A stretch of DNA of 64,000 bases, from NCBI GenBank assembly GCA_964016885.1, contig OZ024753.1, forward strand, positions 21,762,001-21,826,000, given 5' to 3'. Below, one piece after another: positions 24,878-42,243 of the stretch. The notes beneath the pieces are model-generated. The model did not search any database. It had not been told where the DNA came from and worked only from the letters and a program-made list of their open reading frames with translations. Numbering within the stretch: the stretch's first letter is position 1; every line of letters begins with the position of its first letter. This DNA is from Eledone cirrhosa. Lineage: Eukaryota. Position numbers and translations under genes: made by a program.

Positions 24878-25202
24878 GTGGAAAAGGGGAAGGAACGAGG
24901 GAGCACCCCCTCTCTGTGCTCCTGAGGAAAAGGGTTGCACACTTTTTTCGGGGGTGTGTGCGACCCCCCAAGGCGCCTCCTCTCTATTGAGGATTTTGTC
25001 ATAAATTTTATTTTTTGTTATATCTTATTTTATTTTTATATTTTGTTATTGCCTCCTCCTTATTGAGGGCGCCTTTTTGTGTAAACTCCCCCCTTTGTAC
25101 TTGTCCCACTTTTGATGCCCTAGTGGCAAATAAAAGAAACTTATCTATGTATATATGTATGCTTATATATATGTATGTATATATATATGTATGTATGTAT
25201 GT

Positions 25203-25236
<34 letters not shown>

Positions 25237-25257
25237 GTATGTATATATATATCTATG

Positions 25258-25288
<31 letters not shown>

Positions 25289-25315
25289 GTATATATATAT
25301 GTTTATATATATATA

Positions 25316-26260
25316 TGTAAAATAAAATTATTAAGTCAAATATTTAAAATTTGGCTTCGTTTATGAAAGGTGTACTGCTATATATATCTCGGTGACAGCC
25401 AGTCTTAGCTGTGACCTCTTCAGGCAGTCCGAATTGGTGTGGTAGAGACAGGTACACATGTTGTTAAAGTGTTTAACTCCGTCAATACTCGGAGATGCTC
25501 AGTTCCTGGTTGGGTTGTTATTTCTCTGAGGAACTGGAATCATATGAATTCGAACAAACGAATTTCGGCGTCAAAGGACACTCTCTCCTCCCATTGGTCA
25601 GTTGCGAGAACATTCCTCAGTCAAAAGTCTATAGAAATTTTTTCTGAGGCGAGGCCATCTGTTGTAGTTGTTTTTGTTAAGTACAGCTGACATCCTCCCT
25701 TGTGTTGGTGTTAGGGGATAATTAGCCAGGTCAGCTTTAGTTCGGCTGCTGCTATTTTTAGAAGAATTTGTGTGTGTGTGTTGGCACCATTTCTCGTGGT
25801 GGTGGTTGTGGTGGTGGTGGGGGGGGGGGGGGTAAACAGATGAAGAAATAAGATAAAGTAAAATGGAGAAATAAAAGAATATAAGGCAATAAACTGAAAT
25901 AAAAAATAAAAAATAAAATAAAAAAATAAAGTAATAAAATAAAATAAAATAAATAAATAAACAAAAAAATAATAAATTAGTAAAAGGAATAAGATTATAA
26001 AGAATAAAATAAAATAATAAAATAAAATGCGTGTGTGTTATAACCAATCTCAAAGTTTGAAAGATTTGGAAGATATTGACCGAAGTAGAAGTCTGTGTCA
26101 GAATCAAGAAGTGCAAAGGATCACAATCTTCACACTATCATGGTGTGGTACGTTTTAAGAGCAAATGAGACAAGGGTGTAGTGGAAAACACCAGAACCCG
26201 GGTGTTAAAATCCTGAAATGCAGAGGGCTACGGTTCCTATTTCGGCATAGAGTACATATG
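25316..26260 (-). mobile_element. Non-coding HHR-bearing element ending at TA array; relative at 43136-43350
   Basis: 25316-25525 aligns by eye to 43136-43350; right boundary uncertain. Confidence 0.55.
25374..25428 (-). ncRNA. Type I HHR, GAAA mutated to GAGA
   Basis: acugc CUGAAGA ggucacagc..gcugucacc GAGA uauaua UA gcagu; 5-bp stem I; the 43186-43235 copy keeps GAAA. Confidence 0.65.
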
Positions 26261-26607
26261 CGTGTATGTCAACTCACATCGTTCCAAGCACACACGCACA
26301 GGCACAGGGCCCAGGTGCATCTCCTATGCACACACACAAACACACAGTCACAGACACAGAGACAGACACACACACATACACATTATAAACCCACAGATAC
26401 TCACCCACCCACCCACCTGCACACACCCACACCCACACACTCATGTAAGTATCTGTGCATGTACAATCTTAAATAATGCATAAGTAGGTGTTGTCACAGC
26501 AGACGATAGAGGCAGGGGTAGGGGTGGTGTCTGTGCAGAGGGTGGTTTACCGTGGGCTCGGTGTGGTGGGACTACTGTCCTTATAGCTAGAGGGAAGTTC
26601 CCATATG

Positions 26608-26645
<38 letters not shown>

Positions 26646-26724
26646 TGTATATATATATGTATGTATATATATATATGTATGTATATATATATACGTATAT
26701 ATATGTATGTATGTATATATATAT

Positions 26725-27158
26725 TAGAATTGGTGCTCTGAAATAGCGATATATATATGAATGTATATACAGTGTATTTTGCAATACACTGTATGCTTAA
26801 TTAAAAGCATTTCGAAGACCTTACGCTATTGTTTTAGAGTAGTGACAGTCTCACTTACTTTAAATTTTCAGCAAACAGGGGATGGCTTTGATAAGTACCA
26901 ATCAGTTCCTGATTATTACTAGAATTCTATAAGAATTAAACATTCATGATTTTCAGCAAACAGGTGGAGTACTTGGCTTTGATAAGTACCAATCAGTACG
27001 AAACAGAGCTCTGTCAGCTTTATCTCCCCTGTTTGCTGAGAATTTAAAGTAAGTGAGACTGTCACTACTCTAAAACAATAGCGTAAGGTCTTCGAAATGC
27101 TTTTAATTAAGCATACAGTGTATTGCAAAATACACTATATATACATTCATATATATAT
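26725..27158 (+). mobile_element. Fold-back HHR element between TA arrays
   Basis: Arms 26749-26882 and 27025-27158; partial direct duplication of the HHR 5' half at 26884-26906. Confidence 0.75.
26975..27019 (+). ncRNA. Type I HHR, U3-A8 core variant
   Basis: ggcu UUGAUAA guac caauca guac GAAA cagagcucug UC agcu; all three stems form; stem III is a 12-nt palindrome. Confidence 0.8.
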
Positions 27159-27199
27159 AATAAAGAAGAAATCAAAAGATGGTTAAAAGAGTTCCATAT

Positions 27200-27267
27200 A
27201 TTTTATTATGCGCATTTCGAATACTAAATCATCCTGGGACAAAAATTGTGTTCTCTTCAGATAAAAT
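27200..27267 (-). ncRNA. Type I HHR
   Basis: auuuuau CUGAAGA gaacac...guauuc GAAA ugcgca UA auaaaau; 7-bp stem I, palindromic stem III. Confidence 0.8.
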
Positions 27268-27313
27268 AAAGTAACATGATATGAGGCATAATAGCACTTT
27301 ATATATATATTTG

Positions 27314-27392
27314 TATAATATATGTAGTAATAAACACAGTAAATCGTGTGTTTAAACACACTATTTACTGTGTTTATTACTACATATATTAT
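27314..27392. repeat. Near-perfect spacerless palindrome (~40-bp arms)
   Basis: taatatatgtagtaataaacacagtaaat.gtgtgttt|aaacacac.atttactgtgtttattactacatatatta. Confidence 0.85.
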
Positions 27393-28144
27393 TATAATGC
27401 TAAGTATTTATACTTTGAGCTTGTTAATTACAGGGTATCAGTATGAATTATTAACTCTGTCTTTTATTTGTATATTTTTATATATATATTTCTCTTACTG
27501 GTAATAAGGTAGTAATGAATTACTGACCTTTCCTGTTTATAGTTGTATATAGTGTATATATATCTATAAATAATATTATTATATATATATGTATATATAT
27601 ATTTTGTATGTATGTATATATATGTATATATATATATATATATATATTTGTATGCATGTATATATATGTATGTATGTATATATATGTATATATATATTTG
27701 TATGTATCTATATATATGTATATTTATATATTTGTATGTATGTATATATATGTATATTTATATATTTGTATGTATGTATATATATGTATATTTATATATT
27801 TGTATGTATGTATATATATGTATATATATATTTGTATGTATGTATATATATGTATATATATATTTGTATGTATGTATATATATGTATATATATATATTCG
27901 TATGTATGTATATATATGTATATATATATATTTGTATGTATGTATATATATGTATATATATATATTTGTATGTATGTATATATATGTATATATATATATT
28001 TGAATGTATGTATATATATGTATATATATATATTTGTATTTATGTATATATATATATATTCATTAGTTAAGCAAAACAAGACGACAAATTTCACAAGGAA
28101 GACATTATTTAAAGATTTTCAACATAGTTGTAGTTTAATGTAAG

Positions 28145-31219
<3,075 letters not shown>

Positions 31220-31466
31220 AAAATGTGTGAGATGCTTGGTACAGTTAGGTATATTTGAATAAAAGGAAAAGAATGACTTCACTGATAGTTCTAAATAATT
31301 TGATTTCATTTTATATTATAATATTATGAGTTGGTAGATCAAGTAAGTTTTTTGTTAATTTCGGTGGGAAGAATTTTAAAGGTTCCTGGTTAACTTTCTT
31401 GGAGAACATTCTCGCGAGAAATCAAATTATTTAGAACTCTAAGTGAAGTAATTCTTTTCCTTTTTT

Positions 31467-31546
<80 letters not shown>

Positions 31547-31575
31547 CGAAATCTTAGACAAAGCCTCAAACACTC

Positions 31576-31650
31576 TAATTACAAACGTTTCGCTAGACTA
31601 ACAGGAATGTAGAGTACATTCCTGCAAGAATAACTCACCAGAATCAATTA
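31576..31650 (-). ncRNA. Degenerate HHR (CUGGUGA core)
   Basis: guua..caggaaugua cuc uacauuccug..uagc GAAA cg UU; stem I imperfect. Confidence 0.45.
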
Positions 31651-31960
31651 TATTATGTCCCAGGTTCGATCCCACAGTGTAGTATCATCGGTCGGAGGAA
31701 AGTGTCCTTTAATATAGCCTCGACCGATGTCAATGAAATTGGGTAGACTGAAATTGCTTAGTAGCCTATTAGATGGACTGATTGTACATGTAATTCGAAG
31801 TGCCAGCCATGTCACACAAACTGTGCCCCGCTCAAGATACACGTGCCTGTGGGATACTCAACCACTTACAAGTTCACGAGCAAGATGTTCTGATGATCAA
31901 ACAACTAGAGCACACGTCGTCGACGGACGTCCATTCCATGCATTTATTCATTTATGTATA

Positions 31961-32161
31961 TACGAGGGTTGGCTGACACGTTAATAGGTTAATTATGAAG
32001 TATTGCGATGCTAGAGCTGTGAAATCTTGCATGCATTCATTTCAACTCTTATTAATAACTACATTGATTCGTTCCTGGGACAATGTTGAAAAATAAACCT
32101 CATTTGGTCATTCAATTAGAATATCTTGGTCAACCTATGGTCTTTCCAGCCGACCCTTGTA
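31961..32161. mobile_element. Tc1/mariner-type MITE
   Basis: ~30-bp imperfect TIRs ta-cgagggttggctg..ataggtt / aacctat..cagccgacccttg-ta with TA duplication. Confidence 0.7.
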
Positions 32162-32462
32162 TATTTATTTATTAATCGATTAATTAAATAATTTATCTTT
32201 TTATCGATTCCAGATATCGATATCCAGCAACATGTATTTTTGAAGAGAAGTATTTTGGAATGTTAAGAATATTCCCTAACTCGGCAACATTTTATGGAGG
32301 ACATTTTCTAAACATTTTACTTTTTTTACCGCGTAAAGGGAGATCTTTTATGGAGAGTTTTATGAAACAGTAGAGTGATCCGATGTATGTATGTGTATAT
32401 ATACATGTATGTATGTGTGTATGTATGTGTGTATGTGTGTATGTACATGTATGTATGTATGC

Positions 32463-32494
<32 letters not shown>

Positions 32495-32538
32495 ATGTAT
32501 GCATATATATATACATATATACATGTAAGTATGTATAA

Positions 32539-32599
<61 letters not shown>

Positions 32600-32796
32600 T
32601 ACCGTTTTAGTGTTCTATAGATATAGTTATGTAATTTCTACCTGAAGTGTTGTGGAGATGTTAACAGATCTGGACTGCATCATTGGTTGTATAAAGATAA
32701 TGGAAGCCTGTGGCTTACCTCCCCTCTCATGTGGTCCTTACACAACACATTGCTCTCATGTAGAATAAATATGTTAACATAATGGGACCCCCCCCC

Positions 32797-32845
<49 letters not shown>

Positions 32846-32984
32846 TGTGTGTGTAGTGTATACATGTTATCTATCTTTCAAATAGTTCTTTCTTTGTATT
32901 TGAGAAACTATCAGCTCGGTAATAAAATATATTGTTCGTTTTATTACAAGGATAGGTTATAAGTATTTTCTAGATATAGGTTTA

Positions 32985-33350
32985 TATATACATCTTTATG
33001 TTCGTATGTACGAGTACCTTTTATGTCCACACATATATATCTTTATGTTCGTATGTACGAATACCTTTTATGTCCACATATATATATCTTTATGTTCGTA
33101 TGTACGAGTACCTTTTATGTCCACATATATATATCTTTATGTTCGTATGTACGAGTACCTTTTATGTCCACATATATATATCTTTATGTTCGTATGTACG
33201 AGTACCTTTTATGTCCACATATATATATCTTTATGTTCGTATGTACGAGTACCTTTTATGTCCATATATATATATATCTTTATGTTCGTATGTGCGAGTA
33301 CATTTTATGTCCACATACATATATTTCTATGTTCGTATGTACGAGTACAT
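32985..33350. repeat. 47-bp minisatellite (~7.5 copies)
   Basis: Unit atatatatatctttatgttcgtatgtacgagtaccttttatgtccac. Confidence 0.92.
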
Positions 33351-33705
33351 GTTCTATGCTAATTTCACTACTGTTGTATATATGGTTTCTTGTTCCATTA
33401 ACGACTCATCTTTGTAATTTGATCTCCTGGTTTTATATGACAGTTTCTCAATATTCTGAAGAAGGTAGATTGGCGGATAAGATCTATTGTCGGCTAAAAT
33501 ACGTTACAGTACGTGGGTTCAAATTCCGGCGACAGTATCTTTTGTTTTTTTTCCTCCAACTTCAATAAAATAAGAACCTGTTAAGAATTGGGTTTAGTCT
33601 AACAGACTACACCCGCTTCAAAAACTATCAGCTTTACGGCCTTATTAAAACAAAAACAATATTAATAAGGTGGTCTTTCATATATATATTATTTAGAAGT
33701 TAGCT

Positions 33706-33875
33706 GCGTAGAGTTGTGGCCCTTTACGTTCTGAGTTCAAATCCCGCCGACGTTAACTTTGCCTTTCATGCTTACGGGGTCGATAAAATAAAGTACCAGT
33801 CACACACTGGTGTCGATTAAATCGATTTTCCCCTCCCCCCAAAATTGTTGGCCTTGTGTCTAAATCAGAAATCAT
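33706..33875 (+). mobile_element. tRNA-derived SINE (5'-degenerate)
   Basis: B box and core as in the 14038 copy. Confidence 0.75.
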
Positions 33876-34361
33876 TTAGAATTTAGTTTTTCGCCCTAAC
33901 ATAGCGGATACGTAAATGCACCCACACACACACAGACCGCCCCACACACCCACCCACATATATAAACACACACTCACACGTACACACTCAAACAAACACT
34001 CACACACACACATACACGCATAGAAAAGTTCATATACCACAAAGCCACTCTACGGTGCCTCTATATGGTCACTGACGTTGCCATAAATAGCAGCCAAATC
34101 CGATCAATACCACTACACATCATGGTTTACTATAAATTCTAGTCTGTGTTAACAGATAAACAATGTTATTATGAACAGCAAAATGGCGGAATCCTAATAT
34201 AATCGAAAGTAAAGGACACAACTCAAGAAATCGATCACTGATAAATCACTAGGTTGTTATTGTTGTTGCTTAGCAACAGGTTAGCAGTGACTGAACAGGC
34301 CCATGATGAAAGCTATATCAGACATAACATGTTTGTCTTCTCAGGAAAACTGTATCAAGAA

Positions 34362-34552
34362 CAGCGTTTCACATTTTGTTTACTCTTGTGAAACCCTTGA
34401 AAAAAGTTTTAAGTCTCAGGGAACCCCCGCATAAAATCATTATATACCATTATTAATATCTAAACGTATTAGCTCATCACTGATTCTCGCGGAGCCCCTA
34501 ACGACCTGTTGCGGAACCCTAGGGGATGGGAGGAGCACCGAGTTAGAACGCT
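34362..34552. mobile_element. Probable hAT-type MITE remnant
   Basis: Ends cagcgtttc / gaacgcta with repeated subterminal ggaaccc motifs. Confidence 0.45.
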
Positions 34553-35719
34553 AGTCGAGAATACTCAATGCTTTATTTTTAAGACGGTGTGTTATTTACT
34601 AATGTAAGGTTGTACAAATCTAACACGTGTTTCATTAATGTGCAAAACCGAGTTCAGTTTTTCTTCCAGAAAGGTTTACATGTGATAGTCTTGCATCTTA
34701 TTCAGGGTTGGAATGTGTGCAACCCCCATCTTTATGTGCTGGGAAATTACCAGAGATAAACACCATCACATTAACCTACCTGGATAGGCAACTGACCAAT
34801 ACTTGTTATACTAAACAGCTTCAAACCACCATTAATTCTATGTTACAAAGCTATTTATCTTTAAGTTTTTAGACTTATCTAAAAACCTTTCAACAATTGT
34901 ATGTAAGTACTATTCATGTGATCTGAACACCAGCTTAATAATGGGAAAGTTAGTTATATTAGACATTCGAAATTCTTGATTATTTTCAAAATAATCTGAA
35001 AATCATAAACAATGTCTTTCCTGAGAAATATGATAACGAAAGGGTTGATGCATTTATGGGGGAAAATTTGAAGTTAGCGCCGTATGCCAAAGAGAATAAA
35101 CTGATAAAATATTTTAGAGCTTTCTACAGTTTCCCGTTATCTACAATACCGTTGTGTATTAATACATATCACAGTTAATTTCATTATAGATAAAATAGCT
35201 GCTTTCCAAAGTCAGCAGGTTGCTGGAGTAAATTGCCTGCGGGTTAAATATCATATAATCATTGAAAGTGGAAAATTCACCAAGCATTTCAATCTCACTT
35301 CCTTTTCTTCCCGGGAATTCACTACACTTCGTGATGCTGAACTCTCAAGAACACGCAGGTGGTTGATCAACTGATGAAACCATAGCTATTAATTCTTCTA
35401 AAGTGACTCTGTATTTTCATCTATTTCTGTCAATTAACTATTTATGTAGTGCGAAATAAAGTAGGAACGTATTATATATTTAGTGCTGAACTGCCATCGC
35501 TGACAGTTGAGACTTTCAGTTTCAAATCCCATAATAAATATCTTTGTTTCAGTGTGTCTGATTGTTATTAGTAAAGTAGAGGTGTTTTCTAATTCACTAG
35601 GAATAGCTTGATGCTAAGTGTTAACTTTTACACCTGACAAATTAGTTGGTTTTAGATTCAAGTTCTATCTGTAACTATGTGCTTCGTTGTGTTTTAATTA
35701 AAGGTGTTTTGAAGTTTTT

Positions 35720-35885
35720 ATTGGCCTTCGCCGCCGCGTGTGCGAGGCACATTAGTGCCGCCGTAGGCCTGTTTTTGATGAGTTCGGTCTGCACCCGTTA
35801 TCATGCCGACTTAGGTTGGTTCTCTCAACACGTCGCTCTAAACGACATCATCAAAAGGAGCCACGACGCAATCGGCTTTCCATCA
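35720..35885 (+). pseudogene. Fragment of CRE-like non-LTR retrotransposon C-terminal domain
   Basis: Across frames: FGLHPLSCR...QH.ALNDIIKR....GFPS, resembling the Cys/RH motif preceding restriction-like endonucleases. Confidence 0.5.
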
Positions 35886-36986
35886 CATGGTCTACTGCAA
35901 ACGGTGGTTATATATTTGCAAACAACCACATTCGATAGATCTGCTAGTTATACAACAGAGCCTTCCAATACAGCGCTTAAAAAACATACATAATTTTCAC
36001 AATAAAGGAGGGGTAACGAAAGCAGATCACACAAAAGCAGCCGTTGTCAAACCTCCTTAAAGACATAAGATAAACTTTATCTCAGCTAAAGACTTTTTCA
36101 AGTTAATTACAAAACGCCTTCTCATCGGTTATAGTCTGCACACAATTTTAAACCTCTTCAATCTAAAGTCTTAAGGTGAGCTTACATTTGTTTTTCTAGC
36201 ATTGGAAACATTATTAAATGTAATAATTGCTAGAAAACAGCGGGAAATAGCTATCATGCGCCTTGCGGTTGTGTAAGCAACCCACGTTTAGTTGTTTAAC
36301 ACGGCAATCTATCATCCACTTGAAAAGATGAAACGATATAACTTCTGAGACATCCAGCCATGCGATTGGAAGATCAATTATGTTTCCTTGACCATTAAGA
36401 CAATTCTAAATGGATCCTTTACTGGGCTGAGCTAATTCATCTCAACTTTCAGAGAACACTAAATCATACATAAGAATTTGCGAGAGATTTTTAAAAGCCG
36501 ATAGGAAAAAAATCACATTTCTATTCAGAAGTTAAAAGAACCGTATTCTCCTGTTAGGTGGTATATACTAAAGGAACAACACTAAATTTTCAAATACAAT
36601 TGTTTATTTTAACCCCTAAAAACGCTCCAATTAATAGAATAACATTCTGTATTCATTTTAGTGAGGAAAAGTTTCAAATATTAGCTATAAGGCAATTACA
36701 TGCTAAACAGAAGAACCGAGTTGACCTTCACATGTCGTCATGGCAACATATTTAACCCACTCGAGATTCTAAACATAGATTGGCATATTTATCCTCCTTT
36801 CTGAAACAGTACAGAGTAGTAAGGAATATCTCGGCCTCGGGATGGTGTCTACATTTTGTGCTTATAAAAAAAAATTCGTCGTAGATTACCAGGGTTATTT
36901 TCAGTGCGAAGAAAATCAATACTTTATCGCGAAATAAATACTTTTGTTTATATTTTGTTATTGTGTATGCAAAAATATCTGTACAC

Positions 36987-37069
<83 letters not shown>

Positions 37070-37283
37070 TAACAGATTAAAGTTTAAGCAAAGAATCGCT
37101 GCTTTTACCCTTAACGGGATCTTCTGAAACTAAAAAAATCAATCTGTGAACGCAGAAGTAAATACTTCGAAAAACGTTACACACTATATATATATAATGT
37201 CGTAATGCAGACAATCAGACATAGAGATAGATATTATAAGGGCGCAACGTTATATCTATGTCTCTATCTAAAAAGAGAAGGAC

Positions 37284-37364
<81 letters not shown>

Positions 37365-37623
37365 GCTAAATCGCTATCCCTAGGGTATTGAAAATTTGAA
37401 ATTTCTTTTGCTCGAAACACTCACAGGACCATAAGTATTACATGTGTAAAGTTTGGAAACAATCGGTTGGGTGGTTCTCGAGTTTTAGTGATCGGACAGA
37501 CAGACATACATTCATTCTCTGCTTTAGATATATAGATTATATTACACGGTTCAGAAAAACCTCTTTCTTTGAGCTATTTAATTGTAAGAGACTATTTTGT
37601 GTTTCTAACTCAATATATACCTT

Positions 37624-37702
<79 letters not shown>

Positions 37703-37705
<3 letters not shown>

Positions 37706-38724
37706 GATATTAAACAAATGGAAACTATATTTATAAAACCATATTTATTTCATTATACATATTTCAGGGATACCATATTAAAATATGGCATGCCTTCGTC
37801 AGATAAAATACAATATATAAACAGTTTTATAAATAATTTTGACGTACCCTATTATAAGCGACCATTATTTTTGGAAGCTGTCTGGATAGTGATTTGTTTA
37901 TAATTATTTAGTTATAGTGTTAAGCACAGTTAGAAAAAAAAAGACGGAGAGAAAGAAAAAACGGAGATAAAGAAAAAAGGGAGAGAGAGAGGGGAGAGGA
38001 AAAGAAGGAGAGAGAGAAAAAAGAAAGACATATAAATAGATAGGAGGAAGTGAAAAAGAAACAAGAGAGGCAAACGAAAGCAACAGAGAGATAATAATTC
38101 ATCATACAGATAGAGAAACTCAAGAGAGAGGAAGTACTATATAGAGAGAGAAGGATAATAATTATTTAGTTATAGTGTTAAGCACAGTTAGAAAAAAGAC
38201 GGAGAGAAAGAAAAAAGAAAAAAACGGAGAGAGAGAGGGGAGAGGAAAAGAAGGAGAGAGAGAAAGTATAAGAGAAAGTTTTCTATTTATACTTTCTCTC
38301 TCTCCTTCTTTTCCTCTCCCCTCTCTCTCTCCGTTTTTTCTTTATCTCCGTTTTTTCCTTTTTTTTTCTTTCTCTCCGTCTTTTTTCTAACTGTGCTTAA
38401 CTAAATAATTATTATCCTTCTCTCTCTATATAGTACTTCCTCTCTCTTGAGTTTCTCTATCTGTATGATGAATTATTATCTCTATGTTGCTTTCGTTTGC
38501 CTCTCTTATTTCTTTCTTGTTTCTTTTTCACTTCCTCCTATCTATTTATATATGTCTTTCTTTTTTCTCTCTATCCTTTTCCTCTCCCTTCTCTCTCTCC
38601 GTTTTCTCTTTATCTCCGTTTTTTCTTTCTCTCCGTCTTTTTTTTCTAACTGTGCTTAACACTATAACTAAATAATTATAAACAAATCACTATCCAGACA
38701 GTTTCCATTTGTTTAATATCGTAT
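37703..38724. mobile_element. Fold-back element next to (TA)n; left arm carries an HHR
   Basis: 37703-38190 mirrors 38385-38724, except 37725-37876 is missing on the right; inner inverted pair at ~38180-38400. Confidence 0.75.
37746..37810 (-). ncRNA. Type I HHR
   Basis: uauuuuau CUGACGA agg c augccauauu uu aauaugguau c ccu GAAA uaugua UA augaaaua; 8-bp stem I. Confidence 0.8.
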
Positions 38725-39132
38725 ATCTACTCCAAAAACTTGTCGAGTGCTTTATATCAGTTATAAAATATTTACTTTTAAATAAAACTTTTGCATATAT
38801 ATATATATATATATATATAAACACAAAGTGAAATGTCTAGTGCATGTTATCTTTATAATGTATCGTTTATAATTATCTGGAGACAAATTAGATATTGAAC
38901 ATTAATTACCAGCTGCACCCACTTTTATTGATCAAAAATGAAATGAATAATGTTTTTATTGTATATAATTAGATGTGAACATATATATAAAAACATCTGA
39001 AATTATTCCACGGTTCTCAATACTACAGCTTTATATTTATGTTGCTAACGGACTTCTAAAAATAAACGCAGGAATCTAAAAATAAATATATTAACATTTT
39101 TTAGTTTCTTCGCCAGTTTAATGTACAGAATA

Positions 39133-39420
39133 CTCTTCTTCTTCTTCTTCTTCTTCTTCTTCTTCTTCTTCTTCTTCTTCTTCTTCTTCTTCTTCTTCTT
39201 CTTCTTCTTCTTCTAGATGATCGTTGGGCAGAGTCTTCAGATACTCCTCAGCTGTTCTGCTAGAGAAATTGTCGTTGGTGGCGGATAGTGGTACGGCTAC
39301 CAGATATGATAGTTGCGATAGAAGTGAGCACCTGCCGGGCGAATAAGCAGCCCCGGACCAACAGCGGTAAACTACTAGGGAAGATGGGGTAATGAATGAC
39401 GCTGTTAGCTCCCAAGAAAC
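39133..39420 (-). mobile_element. Possible RTE-type LINE 3' end with (GAA)n tail
   Basis: (TTC)n run at 39133-39213 abutting a GC-richer segment; weak peptide similarity only. Confidence 0.35.
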
Positions 39421-39873
39421 TCTCACAACCCAGTAGTGTAGCTAAGACGACGAAAGTAAAGGCCGCCTTTAAAAATATCCTAGACTTCACAGATCTGAGA
39501 AAAGTTGGAAATTGGTGATTGGCAGAAATGAAAGCACCCAACCACCGCAGAACACAACAGAATACAAAGAACACATCAGAATACACAGAACACAACAGAA
39601 TACACTTACTGTTAACCATATTTCTAATGAAAGACGCTGGATATAATAATGAAGAGGAGATGAAGATAACCAAATATTGTTGCTGAATATACCCCTTCAT
39701 GACACACGCCACCGAGACCTCGCGAGGAGACGTGTGTGTGAAATTTTGGCAAAGAATGAAAGGAAATTAAATATGTAATTATAGTTAAAACGGTGTAATA
39801 GATTTCAGTATGCGTAAAATAAAAGTGTTATTATTTTGTATAATTTAAACAATTTTCAAAACTTCAAGATATT

Positions 39874-39976
39874 AATTGTTTCTACTTTTGGCACAAGGCC
39901 AGCAATTATCCCAGTGTATTACTAGTACTTTATTTTATCGACCCCGTAAGGATGAAAGGCAAAGTTAACCTCGGCC
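39874..39976 (-). mobile_element. SINE 3' half
   Basis: Reverse complement of the SINE core and tail. Confidence 0.75.
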
Positions 39977-41320
39977 TTTAGAAACAATTAATAAACTAAA
40001 ATCATTGGTATATATATATATATATGTAAAATCTTAGAGCGATAAGTTTTGAGAGGGAATTTGTATTTGTTCTCCGTCTGAGGTGGTTATTTTAGAGCGC
40101 AGGAAGGAAACGAACAACGTAAATTCCCAAAATAAATTGTTTTAAGTTATGTCGAGAAAAATGCATTTTAGAGCAAAACTGATTTAACGCAAACGGCTAT
40201 AATTAAGAAACATATTCACAAAATATCTGTTTATTAAAATGGCTGCCTCATGACTTGCTTTAAAAATTCGCCTGATATTCGTTAATTGTTCTCGCTGATT
40301 TTAAACGAAAACAACAAACTATTACATATATATCATGTGTTTATTATATATATATATATATATATAAAACTACTGCCTCCACCGTAGAGTCAGAATGACA
40401 GCAATGCATCTGAGGAAGGAACTCCGTGAGATAGGATGGCTGCTGCAGTATATGTCGCTGACCATTTGCCATTTTGTTCGCAGAACACAGCCAAAACACT
40501 ACTCTGACAAAAGAGTCTATCACCCTCTCCACTTCTCCCCCTTCCTTCGTTGCTTAACAATCCCAATCCTTTTCCTTCTTTCCAGCCCAGCACTCAACGT
40601 CATGTATTTTCTTCTATCCCTCATTTAATGTATAATTATTAAAATATTGAGGTGTAAGATTATATATATATAGAAACATATAAACAGGGAAAACATGTAA
40701 CTAGAGTAAGAAATTAGGGTTTCAAACTTTAAGTATGGTAAACGGGTACAGAATATGCTTAATAAACTGTATTAACTGTATATTCCTGTGGAATAGATTT
40801 TGCGGAAGGCAAAAAAATTGTAGGTGTTTTTCCATAAATGAAGTTTCGTTCCGTTTTTGACTTTTGTCGAATTTTGTCTCGGATTATATCGCTTATTCAA
40901 CCAATTTCTCTATTACTATACTAATCTATATAACATTCATCAGGTGTAGATTGAAAAGATTACGTAATTGCTAAATCCGTTCCTGCACCAACCACAAGGT
41001 ACAACATCAATGATGGCTGATTTGCATAACGTCGAGTGCTTTTACTAATTAAACCATGATTTGCTAACTGGAGTGACCAGACCTACTAATTGGTAAAACA
41101 CACGCGCAAGCGAACGCACGTGCACAAAACGTTTTTTTTTTCCATTTCAGGTAGATGTCCTCCATCATCCACTTTTCTAAAAGGTAAATCATACACAAAA
41201 CGGCAGCATCAACAGTTTTGCAAGAGATGTGAACATGAATGGACCTGTTATTTTTATCTAAAGACATTTTTTCCAATTCCAACCCGCCCATCCCTTCAAT
41301 CTATTTTATTTCTCATTCTT

Positions 41321-41356
41321 TCTTCTGATGAAGGAATAGCGTCCGAAACGTTAAGA
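41321..41356 (+). ncRNA. Minimal type I HHR (dimer-type stem III)
   Basis: ucuu CUGAUGA a gga auagcg ucc GAAA cg UU aaga; ~80 bp upstream of a (TA)n array. Confidence 0.75.
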
Positions 41357-41436
41357 CCCTCTTCCTGCTATATCAAGCCTTAACCTAATATATACCTTCC
41401 ATACACTGTACCGATTGTTATTTCTGTTTACCTTTT

Positions 41437-42243
<807 letters not shown>

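Larger units (their letters stand above)
19326..25139 (+). mobile_element. Full-length L1/Tx1-type LINE, inactivated
   Basis: ORF1 with CCHC knuckle, ORF2 APE-RT-Cys domain, 3' aataaaagaaa; candidate 9-bp TSD cttatctat at 19317-19325 and 25140-25148. Confidence 0.9.

Noticed and set aside
37365-37540. Helentron/DINE-like element end
   Set aside because: Resemblance is impressionistic; termini could not be defined
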